Shown: positions 12,283-25,791, counted from the first letter of the stretch. The stretch: DNA of 64,000 nt from Octopus sinensis (GCF_006345805.1 NC_043012.1:46686001-46750000), one strand, 5' to 3'. The notes: a model not told the origin generated them from the sequence alone. A program made the numbers and translations.

Positions 12283-12644
12283 AAAGTTATCGATAAACGT
12301 TTTTGATTTTCACTCTCGATAAATTCATCCCCTTTTTGTGTTCCCAGCACTCGGCATCTTTATTTAGGAGCCCTTAATTGTATAACTACATGAATAATAT
12401 TTTTCTATATGAATAATATTTTTGTCTTATGACTAATTCGTCTTTTGTGCTGGGCACCTGGTAGTAAATAATATTACTACCCTTCTTGTTTATATTCGCA
12501 TACTACATGATGAATTTATTCGTAAAATTCTTCCGGCATGCCCGCGTAAATTTTGCGTCTGCGCAGAGATTTGAAAAGTTAAGATCTGCTAGTAGTCGGG
12601 TTTAACGTATAGCCCCACATCGCTGCAGACCTCGATTAAATTCA

Positions 12645-12728
12645 GGCAACTCGCTGATGAAGCTGGCCTTAGCAAACATATTCTGTGTTTTGCTAGAAAG
12701 AAGCAGAGAAACCGCGGTACGAGTTGTT
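12645..12728 (+). ncRNA. Type I hammerhead motif, array copy 7 (extra GA before GAAA)
   Basis: Reads aagcagaGAAAccgcggta; predicted cleavage after A12719. Confidence 0.6.
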
Positions 12729-13091
12729 AAAGTTATCGGTAAACGTTTTTGATTTTCACTCTCGATAAATTCATCCCCTTTTTGTGTTCCCAGCACTCGG
12801 CATCTTTATTTAGGAGCCCTTAATTGTATAACTACATGAATAATATTTTTCTATATGAATAATATTTTTGTCTTATGACTAATTCGTCTTTTGTGCTGGG
12901 CACCTGGTAGTAAATAATATTACTACCCTTCTTGTTTATATTCGCATACTACATGATGAATTTATTCGTAAAATTCTTCCCGGCATGCCCGCGTAAATTT
13001 TGCGTCTGCGCAGAGATTTGAAAAGTTAAGATCTGCTAGTAGTCGGGTTTAACGTATAGCCCCACATCGCTGCAGACCTCGATTAAATTCA

Positions 13092-13173
13092 GGCAACTCG
13101 CTGATGAAGCTGGCCTTAGCAAACATATTCTGTGTTTTGCTAGAAAGAAGCAGAAACCGCGGTACGAGTTGTT
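13092..13173 (+). ncRNA. Type I hammerhead motif, array copy 8
   Basis: Same motif; predicted cleavage after A13164. Confidence 0.75.
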
Positions 13174-13567
13174 AAAGTTATCGGTAAACGTTTTTGATTT
13201 TCACTCTCGATAAATTCATCCCCTTTTTGTGTTCCCAGCACTCGGCATCTTTATTTAGGAGCCCTTAATTGTATAACTACATGAATAATATTTTTCTATA
13301 TGAATAATATTTTTGTCTTATGACTAATTCGTCTTTTGTGCTGGGCACCTGGTAGTAAATAATATTACTACCCTTCTTGTTTATATATATATATATATAT
13401 ATATACCCATATATGTGTATGCATGTATATATTATATATATGCATATATATATATATATATATATATCCGTAATAATGAAGGGTGAAATTAATTAATTTG
13501 GAATAATTATCAATTACACCAAGTAGTCTTCGGCATGTAAAAGCCTTGTTCGAGGAAAATTTAAGTA

Positions 13568-13958
13568 ATACTAAGCAATAAAGGGTTTAGCAACGAATTG
13601 CCTTACCACAGACCGAATTTAGAAATAGCAGTCAAAGAGTTATAGCTATTTCTTCTACTAAAAAGGGAGATCTGAAGAGAAAAGAAGTTTGGGTAAGGTA
13701 GAATTATTTAATATTTAATTCTTATGCTTTCCTAAAAACTTGATTTCGAAACGTGCGTCCGTAGATAACTTAAAATTGTATGATAGATTGCCGTCAATTC
13801 ATTCTCTCTTACCTGTTTGTGTCTGCCTTCCAATTGATGTGTTTTTTTACTGAGATCTCCCTTTTTAGTAGAAGAAATAGCTATAACTCTTTGACTGCTA
13901 GTTCTAAATTCGGTCTGTGGTAAGGCAATTCGTTGCTAAACCCTTTATTGCTTAGTAT
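13568..13958. repeat. ~106-bp inverted repeat around a degenerate hammerhead-like core (probable PLE pseudo-LTR)
   Basis: Arms are 13568-13673 and 13853-13958. The spacer has CTGAAGA-gaaa...tttc-GAAAC-gtgc-GTC, but stem I does not pair. Confidence 0.55.
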
Positions 13959-14063
13959 ATATATATATATATATATATACATATGTATATGTATAATATA
14001 TATATATATACTTTGATACTTTGATAGGTTTCGGCCATTATTGGCCCAGGCCATGTCTAACTT

Positions 14064-14185
14064 AATAGCACCACATACATGTATATACATGTATATACAT
14101 ACATGTATATAATAGCACCACATACATGTATAATAGCACCACATAATAGCACCACATACATGTATATACATGTATATACATACAT
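14064..14185. repeat. Short minisatellite built on aatagcaccacata(catgtat)
   Basis: Four copies of aatagcaccacata interspersed with catgtata units. Confidence 0.8.
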
Positions 14186-15307
14186 ATGTATATATGCGTG
14201 TGTTTGTATGTGTGCGTCTGTGTTTATGTGTGTGTGTATTCAATTATCTAAAAAAAAATAAACCGCAATGTAGTAGATTCTTTAATGTTTGTTGATTGCC
14301 GGCTTGTATTGAGGTTACAGCTAACAATTTCAAGTTCACCTGATTGAATGTTAACGTTTTTCTAAGCAACTCAATGAGAAAACTTACGGGGTAGATAGTA
14401 CGGAAGTTTGACGAAATACATTTCATCACAAAGAATTGGAACTCACAACACTTAAATAAACTTGTCGGAAGCTATATTCTTTTTTTTGTAGAGGCATAAA
14501 TTGTTAATACAGGATATCTATTACATATGAATTCAATTAGAAAATGATTTGCAAGAAATTTCAAGCTTGCCTTTAGTTTCCTAAATTTATTCTCGATATA
14601 ATCAACATGTTTTTGAGTTCTACATGTCTATCGTTTACTCTTTAGGGGAAAATATTAATGAAACGTAATGTTATCAGAGACGTAAAACTTCGAGTTAAAC
14701 ATAGCAAGTCCAGCTGTTGCATGCACCTTGCGAGCCAAAGTTTGGCAACCGTTAGGTTATAAGTGAAGAAGCGAATCCTCATTTAAATTTTTTTTTTATT
14801 TTTCACGATGTTTCCTGTCAAGAATAATCCGGAAAGTATTCCAAAATTCGGAACTAATCAAAGAAAAAAAAAATTATAAGCGACACCCTTGATAAAAGAA
14901 AATAAGTTTTAAGGAATAGCAAAATGGCTATCATTTCAGAAGCTTCACAATGCCACAGAAAACTTGACATATTCCAAGCATTTTCATTTTAAATAAGATA
15001 TAACTATAGCGGTGTATCAAGATGATAATGAATCACTGAGAGAATTTGAAAAATGATCAAAATGCGTAGCACTAAATATATAGATATTAAGTTTGCAAAA
15101 CCATGAAATTCCTCAGCAACGACCATATCATTTCTAAGCACAAACTCTTGGTAAACTATGCAATGACTCGTGTGCTTACATAGTCACTTACACATACTAT
15201 TAGTAGGATATCTATTTCTTTTTCTGTTTGTCTAGCACTTAGTTTGGGCTTGTTTATATACATACGCACAACCAGAAACATACTCATTCAGATACACACA
15301 CTATATG

Positions 15308-15363
<56 letters not shown>

Positions 15364-15429
15364 ATAAAATCAATATTTATTATTCAAAATACAACAAAGA
15401 AATATGAATAATAGGGGAAAAGTGATATA

Positions 15430-16365
15430 GCCAGTCATTGGCAGGCATAGTTTATTAAGGCTTTCCATCAATTTCCATCTACTTTGAGCGACATCCCGCA
15501 GTAAGCACGAATCATACGGTGATAAGACGTTCTTGGTCGTTCCCTCTCGCGTTTTCCACCTTGTAGGGTGTGAAGCAGCAGGCACTGTTGATAGCATCCA
15601 TTGGCTGTGTGTCGCAGTTGATGGACAATCCATCTCAGCTGAGGTTCTTTTATCCGTGTGCTCATTTGCATTTAGTCGGCCAGTTGGTACAATATATCAC
15701 TGGAAACGTGGTTACTATAGGATATCTGATATATTCTCCCCAGGTTCCTTATGGGAAAAGTGTTCACCGTGGCCTTTTACCAATTTGTATTAATTACATG
15801 TCTCGCATCCATATGTAAAAGTCGGAAGACATGGAGTTTTGTACATCTTTATCTTCGTTGTTGGCTTCATGTCAGACCACCAGAGGTGTTGAAGCTGCGA
15901 CATTGCTCCACATGCCGCTCTCTTTCTGTCTATGATGTCACTACTTGAGTTGTAAGAGAAATCAGTCAGTTGATCCAACGAAACTGGATTTATCATCCCT
16001 AGATAACTGCTTTCCACTTGCCAGGACGTCTGCTTTTTGTGTGTTCATATTAATAGTGATGTAGTCTGTCTTCAATTCGTTTATTTCTAGCCCGACAGTT
16101 TCTGCTGCTCGCATGACACGATTTAGTGCTTCTATGAGGCTAGGAGCAAAGAGAACAATGTCATCTGCAAATGAAAGACAGGTCAATATAAGAATTCCCT
16201 CTTGCATACGGGTTGCAGCTTTCATCACATGATCATACACACCAAAAACAGATGAGGTGCTTAAGGCATCAACTTGCAAAATCCCACACCGAGGTGTGAA
16301 GTCAGTGTTTGCCATTAACAAGGACATATGCTCAAGTATGGAGGAGAAGCACCTCAATCAGCTTT
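15430..16365 (-). mobile_element. Decayed RTE-clade LINE reverse transcriptase, 3' part
   Basis: RCGILQVDALSTSSVFGVYDHVMK...LSFADDIVLFA...AETVGLEINELKT...PTFTYGCET. Confidence 0.8.
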
Positions 16366-16369
16366 CATT

Positions 16370-16750
16370 GATATATGCAATAAGATTCTTCCGACAAGTG
16401 TGCCACCTAGTGAATTGAGGTCATCAAACATAGCATCACTTATGAAAGAAACTTGATCTGCGACAAATGTCTAGCTATCGGGGAATAAGTCTCATGAATC
16501 ATGGCACAAAGCTCTTCTGTTAAATCACATACGCGCAGAGATAGATAAGGATGTAAGTCTACCAGTGTGACTTTAGAAAGAACTGTAGTTGAATTGAAAA
16601 AATCACAGTAAAGAGGGTACTGAAGACCTGCTTTGAGTGCTATCTCCCAATAGTTGCGTTGTCCATAGACTTTCGTAAAGCAATTGACAGCGTCAACGGA
16701 ACAGCTATGTTTACGATTTTTGGAAGAAGAATACGTAAAGTTGTGCACGC
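16370..16750 (+). mobile_element. Inverted upstream part of the same RTE reverse transcriptase
   Basis: The plus strand reads YRGISLMN...K, then DFRKNCS*IEKI...YLPIVALSIDFRKAIDSV. These are the RT motifs that precede the Q and YADD motifs. Confidence 0.7.
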
Positions 16751-19360
16751 TACACATTTAGGCCTAAAGATCTAGAAAATAAAGTAGTTGGTCTTGGAAC
16801 AACCTATGTATACAGAATGGAAGACACTACAACTATGTATGGAAATATTCCTAGCATTTGTTTGGGAGTAAACAGTTGTAATCTTCACCCCGTAAAATAC
16901 TCTGAGCTCTACCATTCTAGGACAGAGGGAATTCACAAGGAGGGTTATCAAGAGTCAATGGCTAACCAGAACTGGCATAGTTCAGAATGTCTATACTTGG
17001 CAAACTATTGAGAAGTGATATCCGATGTCGGATATGATTTGAATGACGTATAATATGTTAGAAGATATCAGGAAAAACGGAAGTGTCACTGGAACAGTGA
17101 TATTCGATGAAAATCTATGGAAAAATATATATCAATTATACAACAGATATGTGTGAAACTGAAACAAAAATGTCATCCAGGTTGGATCAAAAGATTCAAC
17201 CTCAATATGACAAAATAAGTAGCAAAATTCGTTAGGCAGTTGTATGCTTTCACATACCAAAGTAGGTTGGAATGGTTAATCGTAATTCCTGCAATACCTG
17301 TGTGGTGTATTTTCTGAAAGAATGTTCTCAATGACATCATATCTACAATAAGTCGTTTTGCTATCGCTCACAGGAATCGAAGATATTCTACTATATTAGT
17401 AGGACATGAAACAGAAAATATTTTCTTAGAAAATGTTGACAATATTGTACTCATGCGCACCGTACAAATTACAATGGCTATAACCCTGTGCAGAATCAAT
17501 CAGAAAAGCTAAAGTATCGGATGGATACAGGTATGAAATTACAAAACATAATGGCGGTTAATTTTTCTAAAATCATAATTTAGACCCTACAATGGAAATT
17601 TAAACTTACTGAAATATTATATCTTAGGATAGTTACTGATATTCCTGGAAATAAAATCTGTAAACATTGTTAGGGCATGCACTATTTTTAACATTGTACG
17701 AGATGTACCTAATTATTGGAAAATTTCAGTTAATTTGTCAAAGCATGGATGATAAAGATAGTAATGCATTTATATAAAAAAGAGTATAACAATAATCTAT
17801 ATACAACAGAATAATCACTTTTCTAAAAATCATTTTAATAACTCGTTTTAAACAAAATTTCTGTTAACAATTGCTATTAAAAATTCATTACATTATTAAT
17901 GTTGAAGAGTCTTTGATGTGTCATTCGACATATTTAAAGGAGATTTATAATCGATACTTTTATTTGTTTGAAATCTAAATAGGTTAATATGTGGAAACTA
18001 CATTCAACTACTTCCTCTTCTCGTTTGTTGAGGAAATGGCCAATGTAAAGAATCTCACTATACATATATACATACATACTTATATAAATATATTCATTCA
18101 TTCATTCAGTCATCCATCCATACATATATGCATACATGCATGCATACATACTTACATACATAGATACATGCATACATACATACATACATACATACATACA
18201 TACATACATACATACATACATCTATGCATACATACATACAGCCCAAATATATATTTTTTTCTTGTAATTTTTTTCAGCACATTTTGCGAATATATTCCTA
18301 CAATAGCTAAAAGCTTAGCATGCTAAAAATAGATGCCAAGTCTTGATCAAATCACCTCCATTGTCATTCGACATGGCGGATACAAAGATTAATGTCGTCA
18401 TACAGAGAAAAGACATTGAAACTACAACACAGCTACATAGGTCTGCTCAGTAAAGTTTCACGGGAGCTACGAAACGAAAAGTGTAACGACAGCAACTGAA
18501 GCAAAACAGCAACAGCTGGGGATGAGTATAGTGCAAGTTTATTCATAATGCAATACCTAACCGAATGTAATTCATCTAACATAACTGGTTAACTGAATCA
18601 TGAATATTTGCACTGATTAGATTATTACTTAAGTTTCTCCGATGATGTAACATTGGGGAATGATTTTAAGAGAATGTTTTGTATGAGGCATTGAGGAAAT
18701 CAGAGTAAGATTACATGGTGCATTGCGTCTATATATATTTGATCTATCAGACATATTGATAATTAAGAGTAATGAGACTGGTTAATAGGAGATTGAGTAT
18801 ACGTAGCAACGTTGATATCGTGTGATATATCTACAGCAGAGGATGTTTTTATAGCTGTGGAGCAGAAGAAAGTAAAAGCGATGGCCATATTCCTCGGAGG
18901 TGTTCCCATTTTCAGATCGTTTAGCTGTCGATCACCATTTCCTTCGAAAATTTATTATAGCGGATTCCCGCTATATTATTAAAATTACAAGGCAACTGTT
19001 TCGAGCTTATATCTATTTTATTTTATTTTAGGACTGAAATAAACTTTTCTTGTATAAGCAATAATATAGAAATCTGGTCTCGAGCAATTTACCAGGGATT
19101 ACCGGATTATATAGCATTAAATCTAGTCGTTGTTGGGTTAAACCCATAGAGACATGTTATCTGATATGACTACGTATATTTAGAAGCTCTTCCTGCATAT
19201 CTCACCTTATAGATGCATAATTAACTGAACCGCTAAGAATAACGTTCAGTCATATCAAAAATCATTAGCAAAGACTAATTACATAAACAATGAATAAATT
19301 AAATAAAATTCAAATAATTAAAATTCAAATTGATAATCACATGGCAGTACGGATCGGTTG

Positions 19361-19433
<73 letters not shown>

Positions 19434-19460
19434 CTATCTATCTATCTATCTATCTATCTA

Positions 19461-19550
<90 letters not shown>
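19361..19550. repeat. (TATC)n microsatellite
   Basis: Read directly; further tracts at 19982-20096 and from 21055 onward. Confidence 0.95.
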
Positions 19551-20096
<546 letters not shown>

Positions 20097-21054
20097 GAGT
20101 ACCTGACCCGCCTGTTCGGGACGACTTTCGGGCCAGGGCCCATGGACAACTTCCAGAGATCCCTGGCCTGACAGTGCTACCGAGAAGCGCTACCCGTTCG
20201 GGATAAGCTCTACAGACACGGCTCGAGAAACACGGGGCCGACCTGCCCGAGATGCGGTCAGAGCGACGAAACCGTTCTGCACGCATTCGTTCAGTGTCCA
20301 ACAATTTCCGACCTGTGGGCTTATGTCGAACAACTGCTGTCACGTGTGGGACGAGTCGGTTTATCAGCTGAGTCTATCGTCAATATTGTCACGCCTCCTT
20401 CCTTCAAACGGAAGGAAGAGCTATTTTCATCATCCTTGTGGCTATGGCGAAAGAATGTATCTGGTGGACGCGTCTGAAAGGATTGGAGACAAACACTTTC
20501 CTCTCTGGTCAATCTCTCATCAACTTCTTCAAGTACCACTTGAAAAGGAAAGTGAGAGTAGAGAGGCAAGTTTTGTCTAGCGAATGTTTTAAAAAAAGAT
20601 GGGTGAATGTAGCAAGAATGGCACGTATGAATGACGAAGCCACCTTGAGCATAGTCCTATGAACCCAGAAATCGAAAACAGAGAGTTGCTTATTTGCAAA
20701 AAAAAAAAAAAAAAAAAAGAAATATAAAATGTGACTTCATTGACCGAGGTTACCGTGGTCTTTTCCGTAGGCTTTTCTTTCCACGGGTAAACCTCACCTG
20801 TCCTCCCCTTTACACTTCATATTGACATTTCTGTGATAACGATCCCTATTGATCAATTTTTTTTCCTCTCCCCCTTTTTTTTTTTTTTTTTTTTAACCCC
20901 CCCTTTTTTTGTCCTCTTTCTCTCCTTTTACGATCCCTTTTGATCGAAACTCCCCCTTCCCTTTTTTTTTTTTTTTTTTAAACCTTCAAAAGAAAAGCTC
21001 TACCTTGTAATTTGTTCTATCTGTGTGCAGCCCTGTGTGGCTAATAAAGAAACA
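20097..21054 (+). mobile_element. 5'-truncated Tx1/L1-like LINE, copy 2 (ORF2 zinc knuckle and 3' UTR)
   Basis: REALPVRDKLYRHGSRNTGPTCPRCGQSDETVLHAFVQCPTISDLW (CX2CX7HX4C zinc knuckle) ...AKECIWWTR...KKRW. Stop codon at 20662 and AATAAA at 21043. Confidence 0.8.
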
Positions 21055-21103
<49 letters not shown>

Positions 21104-22619
21104 GTCTGTATGTCTATCTATTTATCGATCTATCTATTTATATATCTATCTATCTATCTGTCTGTCTGTCTGTCTATCTATCTATCGATCTGTCTATCTA
21201 TATATCTATCTGTCTGTCTGTCTGTCTATCTGTCTGCCTGTCTGTCTTTTCGTCCGTCTATCTATCTATCTGTCTGTCTTTCCGTCGATCTGTCTGCCTG
21301 TCTAACTCACTGTATATGTGCGTATATTTCTACCTATATGTGTCTGTATGTGTGTATGCGTGTACGTGCTGAAAGCATGTATAATTATGACTGTGGCACA
21401 CACGCATACATAGACACATACACACAATCTCTCTCACGCTCACACACGCTCACACACGCTCCCATACACATAGACACACGCATAGACACACGCACACACA
21501 CACTTATATATATATATATATATACACACACACAAATGTGCCTATCTATATGTATGTGAGCGTGTATTTATGTGTGTGTATTGAATATGTGTAGGTAGGA
21601 TAAAAGGTAAAATTTGAAAGAAATCTTAGCGTTTCATTACGCAACTCCTGCACTTCTTATTCATAAACCTCTCCGCATCTCTATATTTAAATAAAGATGT
21701 TTGCACTTCATTTGGGAAATTCATTTTATATGAAAATTAAATGCATCTCTTCTTCCTTTTCTTTTCTCTTATTTTCCTTCGCTTCAGTCCTCTACACTAG
21801 ATAAATTCAAAGTGGAAGACGTTTTCTGTTATCTTTGCGTAATGAATAATGAATGATCTATTTCCTACAGTCTCTTGGGTATGACGGCGACTTGCTGTAG
21901 CGACATGACTTCCATTTTTGTCATGTGTCATGCAAGTTTATTATTCAGGTGACATTCCCGCCGGCTCTTTTCCACTGAATATAGAATTGTATATCAATAG
22001 ACCATTTAACAAATTTGTTTCTCTTTGTTTTTCCTTTCTTGTTAGCGTACGTAGAACCAATAAGTTCTGTACAATAGAACGCAATATAAAGAGAATAATT
22101 CACATCTATAGCATTCGTTTCTTTTAAATTAAGTGTAGGCTATGTCTTAAACTTGTAGACGCATACAAACACCGCAAACGCACACAAATACTTACACATG
22201 CACGCACAAAAACGCACATATGAATGTGTGTGCTTGTGTGTATATATGTATATATATATATATATATATATAGGGAGAGAGAGACAGAGAGACAGAGAGA
22301 CAGAGAGAAAGGGAGAGAGAGTGCTGTGTTTGTGTGTGTGTATGTGTGTAAGAGTGTTACTTTGTATATACTTTGAATGAAAATTTGTAGTCCGACATTA
22401 TAAGTTTCATTGGAATATATTTTGAGTTATTTAATCGGTGTAATGTTTAAATGATGGATGTCAACTCAAGTATTTAATTGACAAGAGTTTGACATGAAAT
22501 TTCCTGGGACTAGCGATGGCGCGAGACCTTATTGATCATGACCTATAAAATAAATGTGGAAAATATGTATAAAATGATACAGTTCTATATTTAAGGGATG
22601 AGGAATTATGTACATTATT

Positions 22620-22900
22620 TAAAATATAAGGATATTTGTCCTCATATTGTTTGTTGTTAACACAACGTTTCGGCTGATACACCCTCCAGCCTTCATCATG
22701 CGCTCTCATTTTCGATGTTATTATTATTACTATTATTATTATTCAAGTCATTGCCTGCTCATATCTGCTTAGGAGGTTGTTTTGTTCTAGCATATGTGCT
22801 GCTTCTTTTAGTTTTCGTATTTTCCAGTGGTGTTCTCTGTCAATTATTTTAATTTCATCCCACAGAAGGAGTGCAGATATGAGCAGCATATGGGAACCGG
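22620..22900 (-). mobile_element. PLE 3' fragment (GIY-YIG C-terminus and terminal repeat with degenerate hammerhead)
   Basis: WDEIKIIDREHHWKIRKLKEAAHM...LLSR, then aTGATGA-aggctg...cagcc-GAAAC on the minus strand. Confidence 0.7.
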
Positions 22901-22964
22901 TATTAAGGAAGGATAGGAGATTATTAGATTTATATACCCTATAATCCACTCCATAATTGCCCAC

Positions 22965-23056
22965 GGACACATGGCGTAGTGCTTAAGAGCGCGGGCTACT
23001 AATCCCAAGATTCTGAGTTCGATTCCAGGCAGTGACCTGAATAATAGTAATAATAA
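22965..23056 (+). mobile_element. Short tRNA-derived SINE
   Basis: A box tggcgtagtg, B box gagttcgattcc and an (AAT)n tail; no acceptor stem. Confidence 0.7.
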
Positions 23057-24343
23057 ATGTGTATGTGTGTGCTTCTTTTGTTTTGTTTTAGCTGAGCAGA
23101 TCCTTATAGAAATACTTTTGTATCATTATTCTACTACTTAAAGTGTTCTGCTGAATTTTAGGTCTCTTAGTATGAACTATAAGTTGGGTAATTATCTTCA
23201 AACATACAAGAACAGCAATGTGATTGCATTGACACCATACAATACTTTTTCTTTGTACTTCTCTTCCAGTAGGAACAAAAGCCATTTGTATTGCTTGTTG
23301 AATATAATATGAATAAAATCTCGATACACACAATAGTTTTCCATATAAAATTTTTTAACGCATTTTTACATTGTCAATAAACAAGAAATGAACCTGGATG
23401 CGATGTCAGGCTGGCTTTTCCTCCACCACTACTCGGTGCAGTTAAATCATCCCTATAGTACAACATACTGTCTACTCTGTTTGCAAATATTCATCACCTA
23501 GTTTGCAGTAACGCTGTCCCTTTGGTGATCATCGTTTCGGGATAACTAGTGCCCTTTCCTTGCCAGTAGATCATCCCGTCCTTCTTTAGTGCAAACGTGT
23601 CTCCCAACAGCTATTCAATAGAATGGTTTTAGCTACGCTGAGCCTCACCTGAGATATTTATTTACGACAGATATTTTGCAATCGTCGCATATGGCCAAAA
23701 GAAAAAAAAAACATCTGGTGGGATTATTATCATTATCAATGGTTTTTAGTTTTCAATAATTTTGATAACTAGTATTGTTGACTGGTGCGATGGTTTCTAT
23801 TCTGTCTTTCAGACTGCTCATAATCTCCATGTCACCAAGGCGTATATATTGACTACAAATTACAAGTTAGATAATACCCAGCTGAAGGTAGATGCTAGTT
23901 GCTCAGTGGGAATCGAAAAGCTTTCTCACTCTTGTAAGTAAAACCGTTGCGTTAAATACCAATCCATTGATAACTTACAAATGCTGAATACTGTTGATCC
24001 TGTTACTTTGCAGATTATTCTGCTGGTTGATTACATAGAGATACGTGAGTCAAGCGAATGTGGAGATTGAATGAACGTCTAGAAAATGTAGCATAACACG
24101 TGGTTTTCATAATGCAGATTATCACCATCTACTAGTAAAATGTGATTTGATATCATTACGTCACAGTTACTATGGAAACATTATTGTGGGTAACAGTGAG
24201 CTGCATTCTAAAACGTGAATCTCATGTACACGACATCTGCTAATGAGTTTCTTTTCTTGCTTTTTCAATAAAATAACAAAATCCAACTTTGAAAAACGGT
24301 CCCGCGGTCTTACGGTCTTGACATGAACGCCCTAAACAGATGT

Positions 24344-24379
<36 letters not shown>

Positions 24380-24556
24380 TGCATATATATATATGTGTGT
24401 GTGTGTGTGTTTGAGTGTGAGTGTATGTGTGTCTGAGTGTGGCTGTGTGCGTGCGTGTTTGTGTATGCACATACACACACTCAACCACTCACATGTTTAT
24501 TAAGATATAATTTTGTATTCGGTAATTCAAAATCACATCATTCAGAGTAGTGTCCA

Positions 24557-24598
<42 letters not shown>

Positions 24599-24615
24599 AT
24601 ACATACATACATATG

Positions 24616-24692
<77 letters not shown>

Positions 24693-25159
24693 GTATATAT
24701 ATATATATATTTGATATGCAAACGTAATACCTAAGGATCCAGGTGTAGGAAGTCAGTAGGATTCGAGCAGTCGGCAGAGTGTATAATAAACCACTTTCAG
24801 GAACAATATTGCTTTAATTACGTAGAAGGTTGTAAGTTTTTTCCCATTTCGCATCTTGATAAGCAGAACAACGTAATTTTATAGTTCACAGTTAGCAACT
24901 AGGGTCACTATGTATGGAATAAAAATGAAAATTTTGGGAATGGAGCAGGAAAAGTCCAGGAATTAACTTAGAGTCCCTTGACAACAATCTAACCATCCTT
25001 TAACTAAGGTATATTCGGCCTGATGAGCAGATAGTAGAGTACCCTTCATTGAGTAATTACTACTTCCGAAGTTTTTCCTAGCTAGTAAACACATGTAGGT
25101 TGGATTTTACTTACTCCATTCCCTACATTTAGATACACACACACACACACACACGTATG

Positions 25160-25215
<56 letters not shown>

Positions 25216-25234
25216 TACATACACACACACACAT

Positions 25235-25265
<31 letters not shown>

Positions 25266-25318
25266 GAGAGATAGATAGATAGAAGATAGATAGATAGGTA
25301 AATAGATAGATAGAAGAC

Positions 25319-25378
<60 letters not shown>

Positions 25379-25791
25379 GGATGAACGACCTGAATTTCTT
25401 GGAATTGTTGGAAATATGTCCATATTGAATATAAAACGGTGTAGATGATCAAGTGGAATAAATATTGGAGTCTGCTATTTACATTCACTTCAAAGTGAAT
25501 TGATAGTAGAAAAGAACTGAAATATTAATAAGCCAGTGTCTCTCATCAGTGATACTATGAGCTAAGAAAATTCGATTATCTAAGATTATCTAGGAAATTA
25601 AATAGTAGGCATAAAGTATTCACGGAGCCGCCGTAGTTGTAATGGAGTTAACTCCAATGAATTGGATCCAGTAAAATTTCATCTTATTGAGGAAGACATG
25701 TAAGTGCAGCGTGTATGATTGTATAATTTTCCAGCGTGAAAAATATTCTACTGAAGGGTAATGTCTGTGTATGTATGAGTGTATGTATGTA

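Larger units (their letters stand above)
9740..13386. mobile_element. Tandem array of ~445-bp hammerhead-bearing monomers (non-LTR retrozyme-like) with an internal inversion
   Basis: Unit starts are at 9742, 10187 and 10631 (444-445 bp apart). Orientation flips at ~10997-10998, then ~5.4 reverse-complement copies run to 13386. There is no coding ORF, each full unit has one hammerhead, and both ends lie in (TA)n. Confidence 0.85.

Noticed and set aside
12602-12796. 64-aa ORF inside the array
   Set aside because: It is open in only one monomer because of the 2-nt insertion, and has no recognisable motif.
9740-13386. Reading the array as CRISPR, 5S rDNA or a tRNA/snRNA cluster
   Set aside because: There are no unique spacers, no Cas genes and the context is eukaryotic. 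I recognise no 5S, tRNA or snRNA sequence in the unit.
22965-23056. Possible tRNA gene
   Set aside because: It has A and B boxes but no acceptor stem and carries an (AAT)n tail, so it is called a SINE.
23400-23620. Possible Gypsy integrase remnant on the minus strand (IYWQGK..LVIPK, HPG)
   Set aside because: The similarity is too fragmentary and needs frameshifts, so it cannot be supported without a search.
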